DNA from: Eledone cirrhosa
Taxonomy: Eukaryota
Length of the DNA stretch: 64,000 nt
Assembly: GCA_964016885.1 (NCBI GenBank)
Contig: OZ024755.1
Location: forward strand, 20,770,001 to 20,834,000
Direction of reading: 5' to 3'
In this document: positions 41,301 to 55,060 of the stretch, piece after piece
Layout of the letters: the number at the start of each line of letters is the position of its first letter
Numbering within the stretch: position 1 is the first letter of the stretch
Position numbers and translations under genes: made by a program
The notes under the pieces: model-generated
The model's database searches: none
What the model was told of the DNA's origin: nothing
The model's input: only the letters and a program-made list of their open reading frames with translations

Positions 41301-41358
41301 CTGTCTGAAGAGCCCGGGCTATCTTAACTGATAGTTCTCACTGAAATATGTATAACGG
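41301..41358 (+). ncRNA. Type I hammerhead in a (TA)n-flanked island (41160-41415)
   Basis: CTGT-CTGAAGA-..GGGCTATCttaactGATAGTTC..-GAAA-TAtgTA-TA^-ACGG, then AATAAA. Confidence 0.72.
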
Positions 41359-41428
41359 AGTTTTAAATAAACCTGAATCAACTGAATATAACCTTCGATC
41401 TTTTATTGATATTTATATATATATATAT

Positions 41429-41618
41429 AACGAAGGAGGTGTGGTAAGGAACCAGATGGACCATAACGCACCAGAGTACTCAATACTTAGGGTAGTAGAG
41501 TGGGTAATAGGAAAATGTTAGACGCCGACGGCGGAGCTCAAGCCGTTTCGACGGCTATTTCTCGTCCAGAAATAGCCGTCGAAACGGCTTGAGCTCTGTC
41601 GTCGGGGTGTAAAATTTT

Positions 41619-41622
<4 letters not shown>
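41429..41622. mobile_element. Family C palindromic element, opposite orientation
   Basis: Same sequence as 40941-41137 with some substitutions; centre ~41563; (TA)n on both sides. Confidence 0.8.
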
Positions 41623-41655
<33 letters not shown>

Positions 41656-42169
41656 CTGAAACGAAGCTGTCTTTTAGATCTAACACAGCTTCGGCTGTTT
41701 TCCCACTCTCTCAATAATTTAATTCAGTCTGTATCATTAAGACACTCACCCAAGGAGTGGACACTTATACATTAAATAGTGAGGGAAATTATTTCGTTCG
41801 AGTTGAAATTTGATATTTCTGGCCCCGGACCAATGCAAAGGGATCGATGGATTGTGTCATAAACTGAGAGTAACTAACTATAAAACTACACGGTCACTAA
41901 AGGTAACAATAAACTCACTGCCCAAGAATTACTTGAAATGATTTAGATTAAATTGTAAAACTCAGTTGAAATGGTTTGGATTAAATTTTGAAATTCAGTT
42001 GAAATGATTTGGATTAAATTGTGAAACTCAGTTAAACTGAAAATTACTAACTAAACAATTACTAATTAAACAATATGAGAAATATCTTAAACAGAATTAT
42101 ATATATTTTTTTTTGTGTGTGTGTAAAGAAATGCGCACACGGCTCTGTGTTTTGGTTTCAATCCGTACA

Positions 42170-42482
42170 ATAATTGTTTCTACATTTGGCACAAGGCCAG
42201 CAATTACCCAGTGCATCACTGGTACTTTATTTTATCGACCCCCGTAAGGATGAAAGGCATAGTTAACCTCGACGGGATTTCAACTCAGACCGTAAAGGGA
42301 CATAACTATGCTGGAAAGCATGGCGTCCGACCCTCTACCGATACTGCCAATCCACCGCCCTTCCGTACAATAATTATTTCTACTTTTTGGCACAAGGCCA
42401 GCAATTACACAGTGCATTACTGGTACTTTATTTTATCGACCCCGTAAGGATGAAAGGCAAAGTCAACCTCAGCGGGATTTGA
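42170..42482 (-). mobile_element. Two Nin-type SINEs; first flanked by TSD TCCGTACAATAATT
   Basis: Copies at 42170-42358 and 42370-42482. Confidence 0.85.
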
Positions 42483-43309
42483 TTATCTCCATGCATCTTT
42501 CATAAACTTGCACTTAGTAAGAAGGTAGACAAGTCTCAGTGAACGAGAGACAGCCATCATTAACTTAATCCCTCCTATTTTTCAATCCTACATATTTAAA
42601 CGGTAAGTAAGAAATATAATTAGTGAGAATAGTCTAGAATCAGATTAGATGTGAAATTATTAAATGACAGGTAAATGACCACTCTATTACTCTATGCTGA
42701 AGCATCGCTGTAAATGATGTTTACTTTTCTTCAACGTTGTTTTAATTTATCTTTGTGTCTGAATATTAACATTAATATTCTCGTTTACTCAGAAACTGGC
42801 TCTAAATTTCTTGAATGAACTTAAGAGATATGAAGAAGCAAAGGAAGAAACAAAAAAAGAAAAAACTGTATAGATTGAATGCAAACAAAACAAAGTAGCA
42901 TTACAAACGAAAACAAGACGTCTTCTTTAGAGGAAGATGTTTTCACCCAGTAGCCTATATTTCCTTCACTTTAAAAACCCTTACAACCACTACAGTCACC
43001 GAATCTCATTCACTGATTGTTGACCTAGCCTACATGCAAGCAATCTTCATTGACAGCTCTTCATCCTTTCTAGCTTGTCTGCTTTTTCTTTGACATAAGG
43101 CTTTCGTACGAACCTCTCTCTTCCTTCTCGTCTCCTCCTCCCTTCCTCTTCGTCTAGTCGTTTTTTCTTCTCTCTCTTTCTTCTCTCTCTTCCTGCTCGT
43201 CTCTTCCTCTCCCCCGTCACTGCACCCCAAACATTTAGTGGGAGTCATTGAAAGGTTAGGCCTGGACATTCTAGTGTAATTATAGAAAGACGTCAACTAA
43301 GTACACTCA

Positions 43310-43470
43310 AGGCTACTGAAGAGTTTAATAACTAAAGATAGAGCTGAAGAGCTACTGTTAGAGCTGAAGAGCTGAACAACTAAAGAGCTGAAGAGTCGCT
43401 GTTAGAACTATAGAGCTGAAGAGGGGAAGAACTGAAGAGCTAAAGAGCTGAAGAACTGCCGTTAGAACTG
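43310..43470. repeat. (GAGCTGAA)n degenerate tandem repeat
   Basis: Seen directly. Confidence 0.75.
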
Positions 43471-43587
43471 ACATGCTGCAACCCGAAAACAACAATATTT
43501 AATAGACTCAATTTCTTTTCTTCTAAATTATAAACATTTATTATATATATATATTTTGTTTCTGACAACATGACCCTCCCAAAGTAT

Positions 43588-43625
<38 letters not shown>

Positions 43626-43627
<2 letters not shown>

Positions 43628-43810
43628 CGAAGGAAATGTGGTAAGGAACCAGGTGGACCATAACGCACCAAAGTACTCAATACTTAGGGTAGTAGAGTGG
43701 GTAATAGGAACGAGTAGGACCCCGACGGCTGAGCCCCAGCCGTTTCGACGGCTAATTCTGGAATTAGCCGTCGAAACGGCTTGAGCTCAGCCGTCGGGGT
43801 CCTACTCGTT

Positions 43811-43813
<3 letters not shown>
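43626..43813. mobile_element. Family C palindromic element
   Basis: Centre AATTCTGGAATT near 43760; (TA)n on both sides. Further fragments at 97-140 and 576-629. Confidence 0.8.
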
Positions 43814-43847
<34 letters not shown>

Positions 43848-43929
43848 GTCTTTACTCTTTATATATATATAAATATATAGTCGATTGACTTTCTAGAAGA
43901 GGAGACCCAGGTTGACATAAATTGTAAAT

Positions 43930-45357
43930 TGTGGCACGCCGCCCAGGCTTTGCTCTTCCTCTCAACCACATCATCCTCTGTGTTCCCAATCTTTGCTCCC
44001 AGATACAGAAAGTCCTCAACCAACTCTAGCGGCTTCCTGCCTACATTCATTATCTTCTTTGGCTTTTTAATGTTCTCTACCAGATACTTCGTCTTAATCT
44101 TATTCATTCTCAGCCCACACTCATCGACACAGTCTCCACCTCCTGCATCAACTCCTTTGCCTCTTTCACTGTGTTTGTCACCAGAACTATGTCGTCAGCA
44201 AATTCAGCATCTGATATATTTTTATCCTTAACTCTTCTGCTCTGAGCTAGTGCTACAGTAAAGCCATAATCCTGGTGTTTCTCCAACGCAAGCCGCATAC
44301 AATAGCCCAATGCGATGATAAAAAGGTAAGGAGTCAATGTTGCTCCCTGGAGCACTCCAGCCAGTATCTCAAAGAACTCCGTCATCTCGTCAGGTGTAAG
44401 GACTTGGGCTCTGGTATTGGCGTAGAGCAGTGATTTCAGATCCACTATATTCCATAAGCCTGTAAGATCTTCATCAGGCAGTGACGGTCCACAGAATCAA
44501 AGGCCTTCCTAATGTCAATGAAAACCATCACAGCAGGAAGGCTCTTTGATCTAGCTCCCTCTAATATCCTATTCAGCATCAGGATGTAACTGGTAGTTGA
44601 TCTTCCCTCTCTGAAGCCGTTCTGGTTGTCCCTGAGCTTCTTCTCCATCTCAGGCTGGATCCTGAATCATCCTGTTGAGGGTCTTTGCCACAAGTGACGT
44701 CAGTGAGATCTCCCTTCGCTGTTAGTGTTAGAGAGATCTCCCTTCTTTGGCACTGGGACGATGTTACTGATCCTCCACTGATTCGGGGCAACTCCCTTCT
44801 CCAGTGCCTGGTTACAGAACTCCAGGATATCATCAAAATCACACCTCTTCATCACCTCTGATGCCACTCCAGCTTCTCCATGGGCCTTGCCCTCCTTGAT
44901 CTTCTTCTTGGCTCTCTGAAGCTCCTCTCTGGCGAAGGGTACTGTCTCAATATCCAGTTCCTCAAACAGCTGCCTGATCTCCCCAGTGTTCTGGACTGTG
45001 GAAGGCGGCTGTCCTAGTAGGGTCTTAAAATGGTCCAGCCATTTCCTCTTCCTATCCTCGGGCCATGTTACCTGGATCTGATTCGAACTACCTCTCTTTC
45101 TCCCTGAGATCTCGTTGCTGATCGTTCAACTCTCTTTACTCCTAGACCTGTCAACCGCTCTCTCCACACTTCTGATCTTCCCTATCAGCGCCTCCTATCT
45201 GGCCTTAGTGTAAGGGGTACAGAGTTCTTCCTTCGTCACCTCCACATTCTCCTTTCTCCCCTTCGTAGGATCAGCATAGAATTGGTCCTTGGCAGCTTTC
45301 AGGTGTTCTCTGGGAGCAAACACTTTTGGGTTTGCAGAGCTGACGTTCTTCCGCTTC
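43930..45357 (-). mobile_element. Decayed RTE-clade LINE, reverse transcriptase region
   Basis: QNGFREGRST, FIDIRKAFDSV, GVLQGATLTPYLF, FADD and FLYLG motifs spread over frameshifted ORFs. Confidence 0.9.
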
Positions 45358-45451
45358 CGTATGTGTGTGTATATATGTGTGTGTGTGTGTGCGTGTGTGT
45401 GTGTGCGTGCCGGAGTTGTAGCTTTAATCACGTGGAAGTGATTAAGGATGA

Positions 45452-45640
45452 TAATTGTTTCTACTTTTGGCACAAGGCCAGCAATTATTCCAGTGCATTA
45501 CTGGTACTTTATCTTATCGACCCCGTCAGGATGAAAGGCAAAGTTAACCTCGGCGGGATTTGAACTCAGAATGGCAAGGGCCGTAACTCTATGCGTCAAA
45601 GCATGGCGTCCGACCCTCTACCAATACTGCCAATCCACCA
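45452..45640 (-). mobile_element. Nin-type SINE with TSD AAGGATGATAAT
   Basis: Consensus match; direct repeat on both flanks. Confidence 0.88.
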
Positions 45641-46472
45641 AGGATGATAATGATATTTAAATCATTTATTTTGGGGATATAATTACATAAATGTGCAGTA
45701 TATATGTATAGAAAGGGTTGGAAAGAATAGAACCCGGGACCATGTGATTGGAAAGCGAAACTTTATTTGTAGTAATATGACTGAGATAGGAAATCTATTG
45801 TACGTGTATACAGATATATACAGATATATATATATGTGTGTGTGTACACAAATATACACAGACACACAAACACGTGTGTGTGTGTGTATTTATGTGTGTG
45901 TGCGTGCATGTGTGTGCATGTGTATGTGCGTGTGTGTGCGTGTGTGTATATAACCAGGTTAACGCAGACATTTCTGTAATATAAATCTTATTGTTGGTTT
46001 TCAGTAACATCTCTTGACAATAACTGTATTGTTTTGTGTCTTGTTATTCCTTTGAAAAACAACTCCTCACGTGTGAGTGCAGTTTACATACTATTACAGC
46101 AGATTAATTCCAATGAAATATCACAAGAAAGGTTTTCACAGCGATCATCTTTCAAAAAAGTGTCTTTCCTCGGTTATTCTAGATATCTGTCAGTCATCTT
46201 ATTTCACCGAATTCAACAGTTTCAACAAGAAATCACTTGTCTTCTTTAGATTTCTAGAACCAATCCTTTAGATTTATTTAACAATTATTCTCCGTATCAG
46301 ATTCGACATTTCTATTAACTCGATACTAGTGAATACTTTCACCAAGTGACTGAAACCTATTCTTCTTTGTTTCGTTTGCCACAAAATTATGATCAATTTG
46401 TCTTTTCTGATACGTCAAAGGTGTATAGTTCATCACTACACGTTCAAATATAACACCACTTACGTAAACATC

Positions 46473-46508
<36 letters not shown>

Positions 46509-46873
46509 AAATGCATACTGTTATTGTTGTTATTGTGGTGTTTGTAACTTAGCTCTATGTCAGACCTGATCAAACAACTCTATGTTAAAAGCCATCCAAC
46601 TGTGACCATCATATGTTTATATCTAATTTTAGATTACCAAATGCTTCTTTCTGTTTATTGTTCGATTTGAGGGTGATTTAACTCCTATGTATTGTATGAG
46701 ATGCTATTGCATACGTAGAAGTTCGGTCGTTGAAGCTCATTATTTGGCTGTTGTTGTTGTTGTTGTTGTTTAGTCCAAAGTCGGCCTTAATAGAGCGGAC
46801 TCGAGATCAAAACATTCCTTGTCCACCAAACATCCGTACGTATGTATATACATACGTATGTTGCATACATACG

Positions 46874-46910
<37 letters not shown>

Positions 46911-47227
46911 TAACTTGAGGCCACAATCTCTAAACTATATATATATACATATACATAAATATATATATATGTATATACGAGGCGGACTTCTGTTGTTTCC
47001 GTCGACCAAATTTAACTCACATTGGTAAAAAAAAGAAGCTCCCAGGAGAGCTGGACAGGAAAATGTCTTCAGAGAAGAACCCCCACCCCATCTCAAGCAA
47101 GTGTTTCGGCCCTTAAAAATATTGATCTAATCGAAACTAGAGTAAAAAACATTTGACCAAGATGCAACAAAATAGAATTGAACGCGAAGCTATTTAATTG
47201 CGAATAGAACTTTTTAACTAGCAGCCA

Positions 47228-47796
47228 TACGGGAGAAGGCTGAAAGTTCATAGGCTGACTATGAAGGAGTGATGCTGGAGCTGTGAAATCTTACATAAAC
47301 TAATTTCAACAAATATTATAAAATTAGGGTAAAAGTGTAAACTGTTGTTTTGTTTTTATTATTTTACTATACTCTAGTTTTTAATCCTGTGCAAGGGTAG
47401 ACTGAAAAGTTCATAGCTTATATGAAGGAGTGATGCTAGAGCTGTGAAATATTGCATGATTAATGCTTTAGCATTTAAACCGATCATATCCGGCCAGAAT
47501 TCTCTCACCTCTTTCTGTTCAAACCGACTGTAGCTGGTCACTCATAGTGATGTTAAGGTATTGTTCTCAAAATAAATAACCTCAAAATCTCATTGATTCG
47601 ATATTATGTAAGATAAAGCTTTACCACGAAAATACAATAGTAAATATGAACATAAATGCTAAAGGGTTAATTTCAACTCTTCTTAATAATAACTGCATTG
47701 TTTCTTTCCAGAGACTAGTGTTGAAAAATAAACCTCATTCTGTAATTCCATGAGAGTATCTTGGTCATTCTATGAATTTTGCAGCTGACCCTCGTA
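47228..47796. mobile_element. Mariner MITE containing a TTAA-flanked piggyBac-like MITE (47460-47670); inverted copy at 61732-62200
   Basis: TTAA-..CTTTAGCATTT ... AAATGCTAAAGGG-TTAA inside the same MITE type as 5231-5411. Confidence 0.72.
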
Positions 47797-48896
47797 AATC
47801 ATTTTCCTCGTCGTGATAGTTCAACGTTGCCTGCCATATATTCAAAATGTTTCAGATATATTCACTTTGTTAAACTTTACTGTTAAAATGTGATTGTATA
47901 ATATTTGTTTTTTGTGCCCAGCGAAGAGTCAATAGCAGCACTGACATTATTTACGTTTTACTCGAATTTCCTAGTTTTATGATAGGCTGCTTTTTTTTTC
48001 AGGTCAGCTTGTAGAGAATAAAATGTTTAATTTATAATCTAAAATATGTCTATTTATTTTAAGGCACAGTGTAATTTTCCACTTTACCCCTCTCTTTCAT
48101 TGCTGATCCCCCAGCCCATCTTTTCTCTTTGCCTCTCTCTCTCCCTCTATCTATCTATCTATCTATTTCAATTGTTATTTGTTATTTTATTAATAGTTTT
48201 ATTTTCATATACCTGTATGTAAACTCCCCATTTGTATTTGTCCCCTTCTTTTGTGCCCTTGTGGCTAATAAAGAAATGTATCTATCTATCTATCTATCTC
48301 ACACACACACTCTTTCTGGCTCCCTGTCTGTCTGCATGTATGTGTGTGTGTATATATATATATATGAGAATAAACGTGCTGCGTGGTTGCAAATTGGTTA
48401 CATATGAATAAAGTGGTCCTTCATCAGTGATCTTCCAACCATCACGGGTATTTCTTCGCTTTAAAGACCATATACCTCCGGTTGGTGCGAGCAACGGCTA
48501 AAAAAAGTCGTTGTGACACGTAAATAAAGGGGACAGCGAGAGTGTAAACAAACAAAGATGGTGAAGCAACGAAAAGTGAGGAAGAACGAGTCAAGTCCCA
48601 AATTTCCATGAATATAAGTTCGGTGAAATCGTGAACGAGAGAGAATAAAGACCATCAAACCTGGTTGGAATGTGAGCAAGGAAGGAATTCCGTACAGGTC
48701 TAACGGGAGGAAGAAGGAATCTGGTCTGTGAATTCGGTGAACATAAGTTCTGTGAAATCGTAGACGAGAGAGAGAAAAAAGGCGAACCAGCCTGACCAAG
48801 CGTGCGAAAGAAAAGAATTACGCTTGGTCAGGCTGGTTCGCCTTTTATTAAAGCTATATACATAACTCTTTTTATTATTAAATATCAGATCACCAG

Positions 48897-49078
48897 GGCG
48901 GTGGATTGGCAGTATCGGTAGAGAGTCGGACACCATGCTTTGAAGCATAGAGTTACGTCCCTTTATGATCTGAGTTCAAATCCCGCCGAGGTTAACTTTG
49001 CCTTTCATCCTTACGGGGTCAATAAAATAAAGTACCAGTAATTACTGGCTTTGTGCCAAAAGTAGAAACTATTATTAT
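48897..49078 (+). mobile_element. Nin-type SINE
   Basis: Matches the SINE consensus. Confidence 0.85.
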
Positions 49079-49251
49079 TATTTGTATTCCGCCCACGTAG
49101 CTAATACAATAAATCATAATGGCCAATTTGTCCTGAAAATACCCGAAGCTCTTCGTTTAAGCTGTTTAAGTTCAAAGTTCAAATTCTGCCTACGTCAACT
49201 TTGCTGCTTTTCATCTTTCCAAGGTCGAAGTACCAATTGACTAACTTTTTC

Positions 49252-49622
49252 TTAATTAATTAATTAATTAAATCGACAAACATGGTAATTACATTTCAAA
49301 AATCTCCTCAGGAAATATTTTTTTTTAGATTTGAGGAATAATAGTCCCAATTACCAGGTAGGCATGTGATAATAAGCAAAATTAACGAAATAAAAGCCAC
49401 AGAGAGTTTCAAAAGCAAATTTGAGAGATACATAAACAAAGCAGCGAAAAACATTAATGTTTGCCATTATACAATATGATTTAAAGTTACAAAGAAGTAA
49501 AATGTGTAAAGGATATAAGTTCACATGCTGTAATTACTGTTCATATGTCCAAATACAAGTATAATACAGCTTGTAAAAATGTAATTGCCATGTTTGTCGA
49601 TGTAATTAATTAACTAATTAAT
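49252..49622. mobile_element. MITE with ~40-bp TIRs in (TTAA)n
   Basis: ATCGACAAACATGGTAATTACATTT / AAATGTAATTGCCATGTTTGTCGAT. Confidence 0.7.
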
Positions 49623-50107
49623 CTGTAAATAGTTACCGATGTTTACAATTGCATTTCAATAAATCCAAACGATCGTATAAATGAATAAATTGATTTAAAC
49701 TAAATAAAATCATTGCTCATTCACCTAAATTGATTTATTATTCCCTGCCCTGTATTTTCCCATAAGTGATTAACACATTGAACCTTAAAGCACTTGGTAA
49801 TGAATGAATATCATATCCACTCTTATTGTTCACCTCTGTCTATCTATCTATCTACGTGCGTGCGTGTGTGTGTGTGTATATATATATATCAGAGGCGTTG
49901 GAATTGGGAGGCCAGTGGAGCAATGGCTCCCCCCCCCCCCCCAATAATTATATTTTTCTCTCAAACTACCAAAACACGTCTATTTGCACATGCGCTACAA
50001 TTTGTGTACATGTAAAGTTTTTTTTCTATATCTTGGTTAATATTTGATAATCACAGCTAAACTAATCACTTTAACTAAATTGACCAAATGTGCACCACCA
50101 CCACCTC

Positions 50108-50149
<42 letters not shown>

Positions 50150-50427
50150 TGAAGGCGTGTGGTTAGAGAATTGGATTCGCAATCGTAAGGTTGTGAGTTC
50201 GATTCCTGGACCAGGCGATGCGTTATGTCCTTGAGCAAGACACTTTATTTCACGTTGCTCCTTCTACCTGGAGTTGCGACCGATAGATAGTATTAGCAAT
50301 TGGAAAGACCAACGGAAACATTGTTCCCTCGGTCCGATTTGACGAAAGTCGATCGTCCTATTTATATATATATATATATATATATATTAAAATAACAGAT
50401 TAAAGTTTAAGCAAAGAATCGCTGTTT

Positions 50428-50478
<51 letters not shown>

Positions 50479-52454
50479 GCCTGAATGTGGGGTTGTAATC
50501 ACTAAATAAAGAGTCCTCAATCAGTGAACATAGAGGTGAATATACTATATTTTATAAAACATAGCAAGCTGACGTATACCTTCCTAGGTATTCGGAGTTT
50601 CCCGAAGGAAGCTGATGTTACTTCGTTCGTGTGTACAATTCATGTTAAATACTTCTAAAAGCCAACACCTGTTTACGAATATCTAAATGGTCACAAAGCT
50701 ATGTGAACTGTCAGGAGACCCAAAGCGCTCGCCCAGGAATTAATTCTTCTTCTTCTTGACCCACTTATTCATGAAAAGGGTCGTGGGGGAAGAGTCCTCA
50801 AACACTCCTTCCAGCGGGTCCCGTCAGAAGTAACTGTTTCCAACTGATCCAGCTGAATCCCATGCAAGACCAACCGAGCTTATACATGTTATCCAACCAT
50901 CTTGCTCGGGGTCTACTCCTAGGTCTCTTGTCTATCCTGTTGTTTTTGCACGTTAAATCTGTCCAGCGATTCTTTCCTGAGATATTCTAACCACATGCCC
51001 ATGGAATCGGGGCTGTGATCTCTCAATTTAGAGAAGTAACGGCTATTAGAATAATACAAGCGGCCGAATTAATTAGTAACCAAAAAAAAAAAAGCTGAGA
51101 GAATTACAAATGATGGCATTTGCAATTCACGCTCTTTTGTCAGAGATAAAGTGTTTCGAGCTATATTGTGTTTGGGAAAAATACAGGATGGCCGCGGCTA
51201 GAAAAAAAAACCCTTTGATCATAGTTCTGCTCTATCAGGGCTGACATACGACTAAACAACATCGTAAATATAGTTCCCATTTTATACATTAAAACAATAC
51301 ATTTTACATAATTGCTGTACTACTTTGATAACATTCAGTCCAGCTGCACCTATCAGCCGTCAGAATTAGGAATAAATAAATATTTGTAGGCAGAGGGGTC
51401 TGCTGGTGACGTCATCTATTTTATTGTTTTACTTAATGAAGGGAAAGATAAAAAAGAAAAATTCATACCCGTTAATTGTTGTTGATTAAGTCAGCCCTAA
51501 TAATATTAACCTATGATCAAAGGAATTCCGGCTTAAACCATCGTATATTTTAGACATGCATCGTGTGTATAGAACTACATTATATTATATTATAATATTT
51601 AAGCGTGTGATATAACAAGACTGGAGGCTCATCAGGTTGATGCTTATCCCGATTTTTGTGGCGTTAAGCGACTGAGAGTACAAGACTTTCTCCTGGACAA
51701 GACGCCAGGTACTCATTGCTGGTACTCATTTTTAGCTGAATGTACTGGAGCAACGTGAAATGAAGTGTTTTACTCAAGAGCACAACACACAACCCAGTCC
51801 AGGAATCGAACCCACGACATGATGATCGTAAGTTCACCCACCCTTACCACTAGGCCACGCGCCTCCACACGTTAAGGCGTGATTTAAGCGAGATTGGCTG
51901 GTCTTTCTAGTACATCAAATAACCAAATAAAACTTTACTCGCTAATTCTTTGTAACAACGGCCGATAAGACAAGACCGTCGATTAATCCGTAATCGGTTA
52001 ATTTATTTCTCGAGGCAGCCATAAGTATAAAATAATTTATTACTATTCAATTATTGAAGAAATCGAGCCAAGTATCAAACTACCTTTATGAACAAACTTT
52101 ACATTGTGTCCACATCTAAATAAGACATAAGATTCGTTGAGGTAAACCCAACACCACTAGTATTGTTTAACTACAATGAAGTTCTTTATTATCAGTTACA
52201 AAATATATATATAGTGTTACGTCCTGAGAATAATGCTCAGACACTCTGAATGACATTATTACTTTCATGTCTGAGAACGTTCAAATTTGATCATAGTAAA
52301 TTTCTAAAAAAAGTAACAGCTATAAACAAGCCATAAACAACAACTAGTTTGATGTACAGATATATGTCTACACGGGTAATATACATTTATAACCTTGTTC
52401 GTATTATTACATCAGAACATTGTAATATATACTCACACAGATACATACTTACAC

Positions 52455-52620
52455 ACGGGGCAGTGAAACTGGGGGAGCCAGGGGGGCCAGGGCCTCGCCA
52501 ATAATTACATTTTTCTCCCCAAACTACCAAAACACATCTATTTTTATATGCGATTACTACAACTAAATTGACAAAATTTTACCCCCACCCCCCAATTAAG
52601 AAACGCTTCCACCGCCCCTG
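52455..52620. mobile_element. hAT-like MITE; related copy at 49889-50105
   Basis: GGGGCAGTGAAA ... TTCCACCGCCCCTG ends; shared CAAACTACCAAAACACRTCTATTT interior. Confidence 0.6.
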
Positions 52621-52628
52621 TTACATAC

Positions 52629-52660
<32 letters not shown>

Positions 52661-53470
52661 GAGTATATACATTTACGCGCAAGGATCTGTTTGACGGACG
52701 GACAGGGTTCAATTTTATTGTAAATTTCTACATTAATGCAGTTTTGCATCCTGATTACAAAAACAATAGCCAATTAAAAAAAAGAGATTAATAATGAAGA
52801 CTGAATTTTTTAAAAAATATTTTAGCTACTTATATGTATTCATTCTCTACACCTCTAACCATTCAGTGGCTCTAATTACAGGAAGTATATTACAACAATG
52901 ACAACAACCCTCTCTAGACGTTGTTTAAAACGATGGTGCTTTATTTTAGCGACCCCGTAAGGATGAAAGGGAAAGTTAACCTCGGCGAGATTTGAACTCA
53001 GAATGGAAAGGAACAGTCTATAATATAATAGTTTCGGCACAATTATTATATTATAGAAGGCAATGGAACATCTTACTGTATCGATAGAAACGTTCGTAAA
53101 TCGATTAAATAATCTAATGTAACTTAAGGTGAGGTGGGTGTGCCTGAGTGAAGGTGGTATGGGCTCAGCCATGTCATCGTTCTACTCTACCAGAAATGGT
53201 TCACTTATCGTATCACTTACGTGGATTTGAATGGCTCTCCATTCAAATCTTGCATAGGTTGACTTTCATTTTTCGTAGAATCAATAAAATCAATACCCAG
53301 TCATGCACTGGAGTCAAATATATCGATTCTGCTATTCCACCAAATTTGAAAGTTTGTAATTATGTTATAAATCAATATTAATATGTACGAGGTAGAAGAA
53401 CGAGAGTGTAATTGCTATGAGTGAGTAAAGCGAAATTGCCACAAGCAAGAATCGAAAACACTCTGAGGAC

Positions 53471-55060
53471 CAGTGGCGGCTCGTGACTAAAATTAGTCGG
53501 GGTGCTGCTTCAGAATTGTTTAGCCATTATTTTAATATTTTGTAAAACAAAACAAACATATAAAATGAAAATTTATACTTAAACTTGATAAAATCCTAAA
53601 CGAAAAAATTATTTTTTACTTACTTAATAAATTGTTACAGTTCAAGCTTGATCAATTCATTTAAAAATGAAGCCCATTCTTCTTGTTTTACTTTGAGCGA
53701 AAAGGTTAATAATTTCTCCTTGATCCTTGGATGACTGTTGATGAAACTTTTCTCTATTGAAAGCACTGCAAGTGCATTTAGTCCTTCAGGAGTCGTAGTG
53801 CTCCTTAGAAAAGTTTTTTTATTCTTTCAGTGTTGTAAAACAACGTTCTGGCTCTGATGTAGTTATGGGAATTGTCAAGAGAATTTTTATGTTTCGTAAT
53901 TTCACTGAGAACACAATCTAGATTATTTTCCAAGATAAATTTCAGCAGTTCAATTAATTTGTAATATTTATGCATATCGGATCGACAATACTTTTAGTTC
54001 AAGCTTTACTTTGTCAATCATGGGATATGCTTCAGTGATCATTTCATTCTTAAAACTAGTAAAGCTTTTTTTGTTGAACAATTTAACAGCTACAAGGTGC
54101 TTAGTGGAAGAATATCTGTCCATTATATCAACACATATGCAGCCACACACTTCCTTTCCTTCTGTCATGAGTATCTTTGGAAAATTCTGACAGTACATCG
54201 AGTTTCTTATTTCTAAAATAACAGTTTTGAAATGTTATATATTTCGAGATTGCATTTGGTTGTAAATTACTTCAACATGGGGCATAATCTGATGAAAAAA
54301 CTAACCAAAATATGAAATTATCATCATTCAGGTATTTAAAAATTGCTGTTGCTTCTGCAGAAGTTTGATCTGCATTTGATATTGACTGAATTTCGGTAAG
54401 GCAGCTTTTTAAAGGTTGCAAATTTTCACGGTCTGTATGTTAAAGTTCCACGGATGAACGTGGAATGCTGATGGCCATATGCTTCTCATAAATGGATACA
54501 CGTTGTGGTGATCTTGAGAAGAATTTTGAAATAGCCAAAATGTTAGAAAAAAAATATTCTTGCGTTTCGTGTAATACTTGCTGCATAAAATTTCACGATT
54601 CTTTTTAACCTTCGTATTATGCTCATTGATTGAAAGTCCGCATTACATCACCCCCAAACAACAAACACGAGAAGGAAAACAATGTATTTTTCACTTCACC
54701 GCAGAACCAACTTTTCGTTGGTACCATTCAGAATTAAAGCTACGAATATAACTCTTGTTGTTGTTTATTCATGGCTGAGGTATTTGAATATTAGGTGTTG
54801 AACGGCCTCTTTTCTTAACAGTCAGAACTTAAGCCGTTGAAGTTCACTTACGGTCACAGAACTTATTTCTTGAGGATGCAATGGGTTCATGGTTAAATTA
54901 TTTAAATTTTCTATACAGTAAAACAACCGAAAAAAAAAACTACGAACTAAATAGAATAGTTTATCACATTCAAGAATATAGTACACGGTTTTTAAGCACC
55001 ACACACGCTGAATGAAAAATAGATACTACCTTATACTCGGACAACAGGGTCGGCACTGAA
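53471..55060 (-). mobile_element. Decayed hAT (ZMYM1-like) DNA transposon
   Basis: Terminus CAGTGGCGGCTCGTG; minus-strand LTIPITTSEPERCFTTL..TFLRST..LNALAVLSIE..FAQSKTRR (hAT dimerisation domain) with frameshifts; other terminus not found. Confidence 0.82.

Noticed and set aside
43310-43470. Multiple CTGAAGAG hammerhead-like cores
   Set aside because: Part of an 8-bp tandem repeat; no helix II, GAAA, helix III arrangement.
48365-48855. Possible solo LTR with internal direct repeats
   Set aside because: No clear TG..CA ends or TSD.
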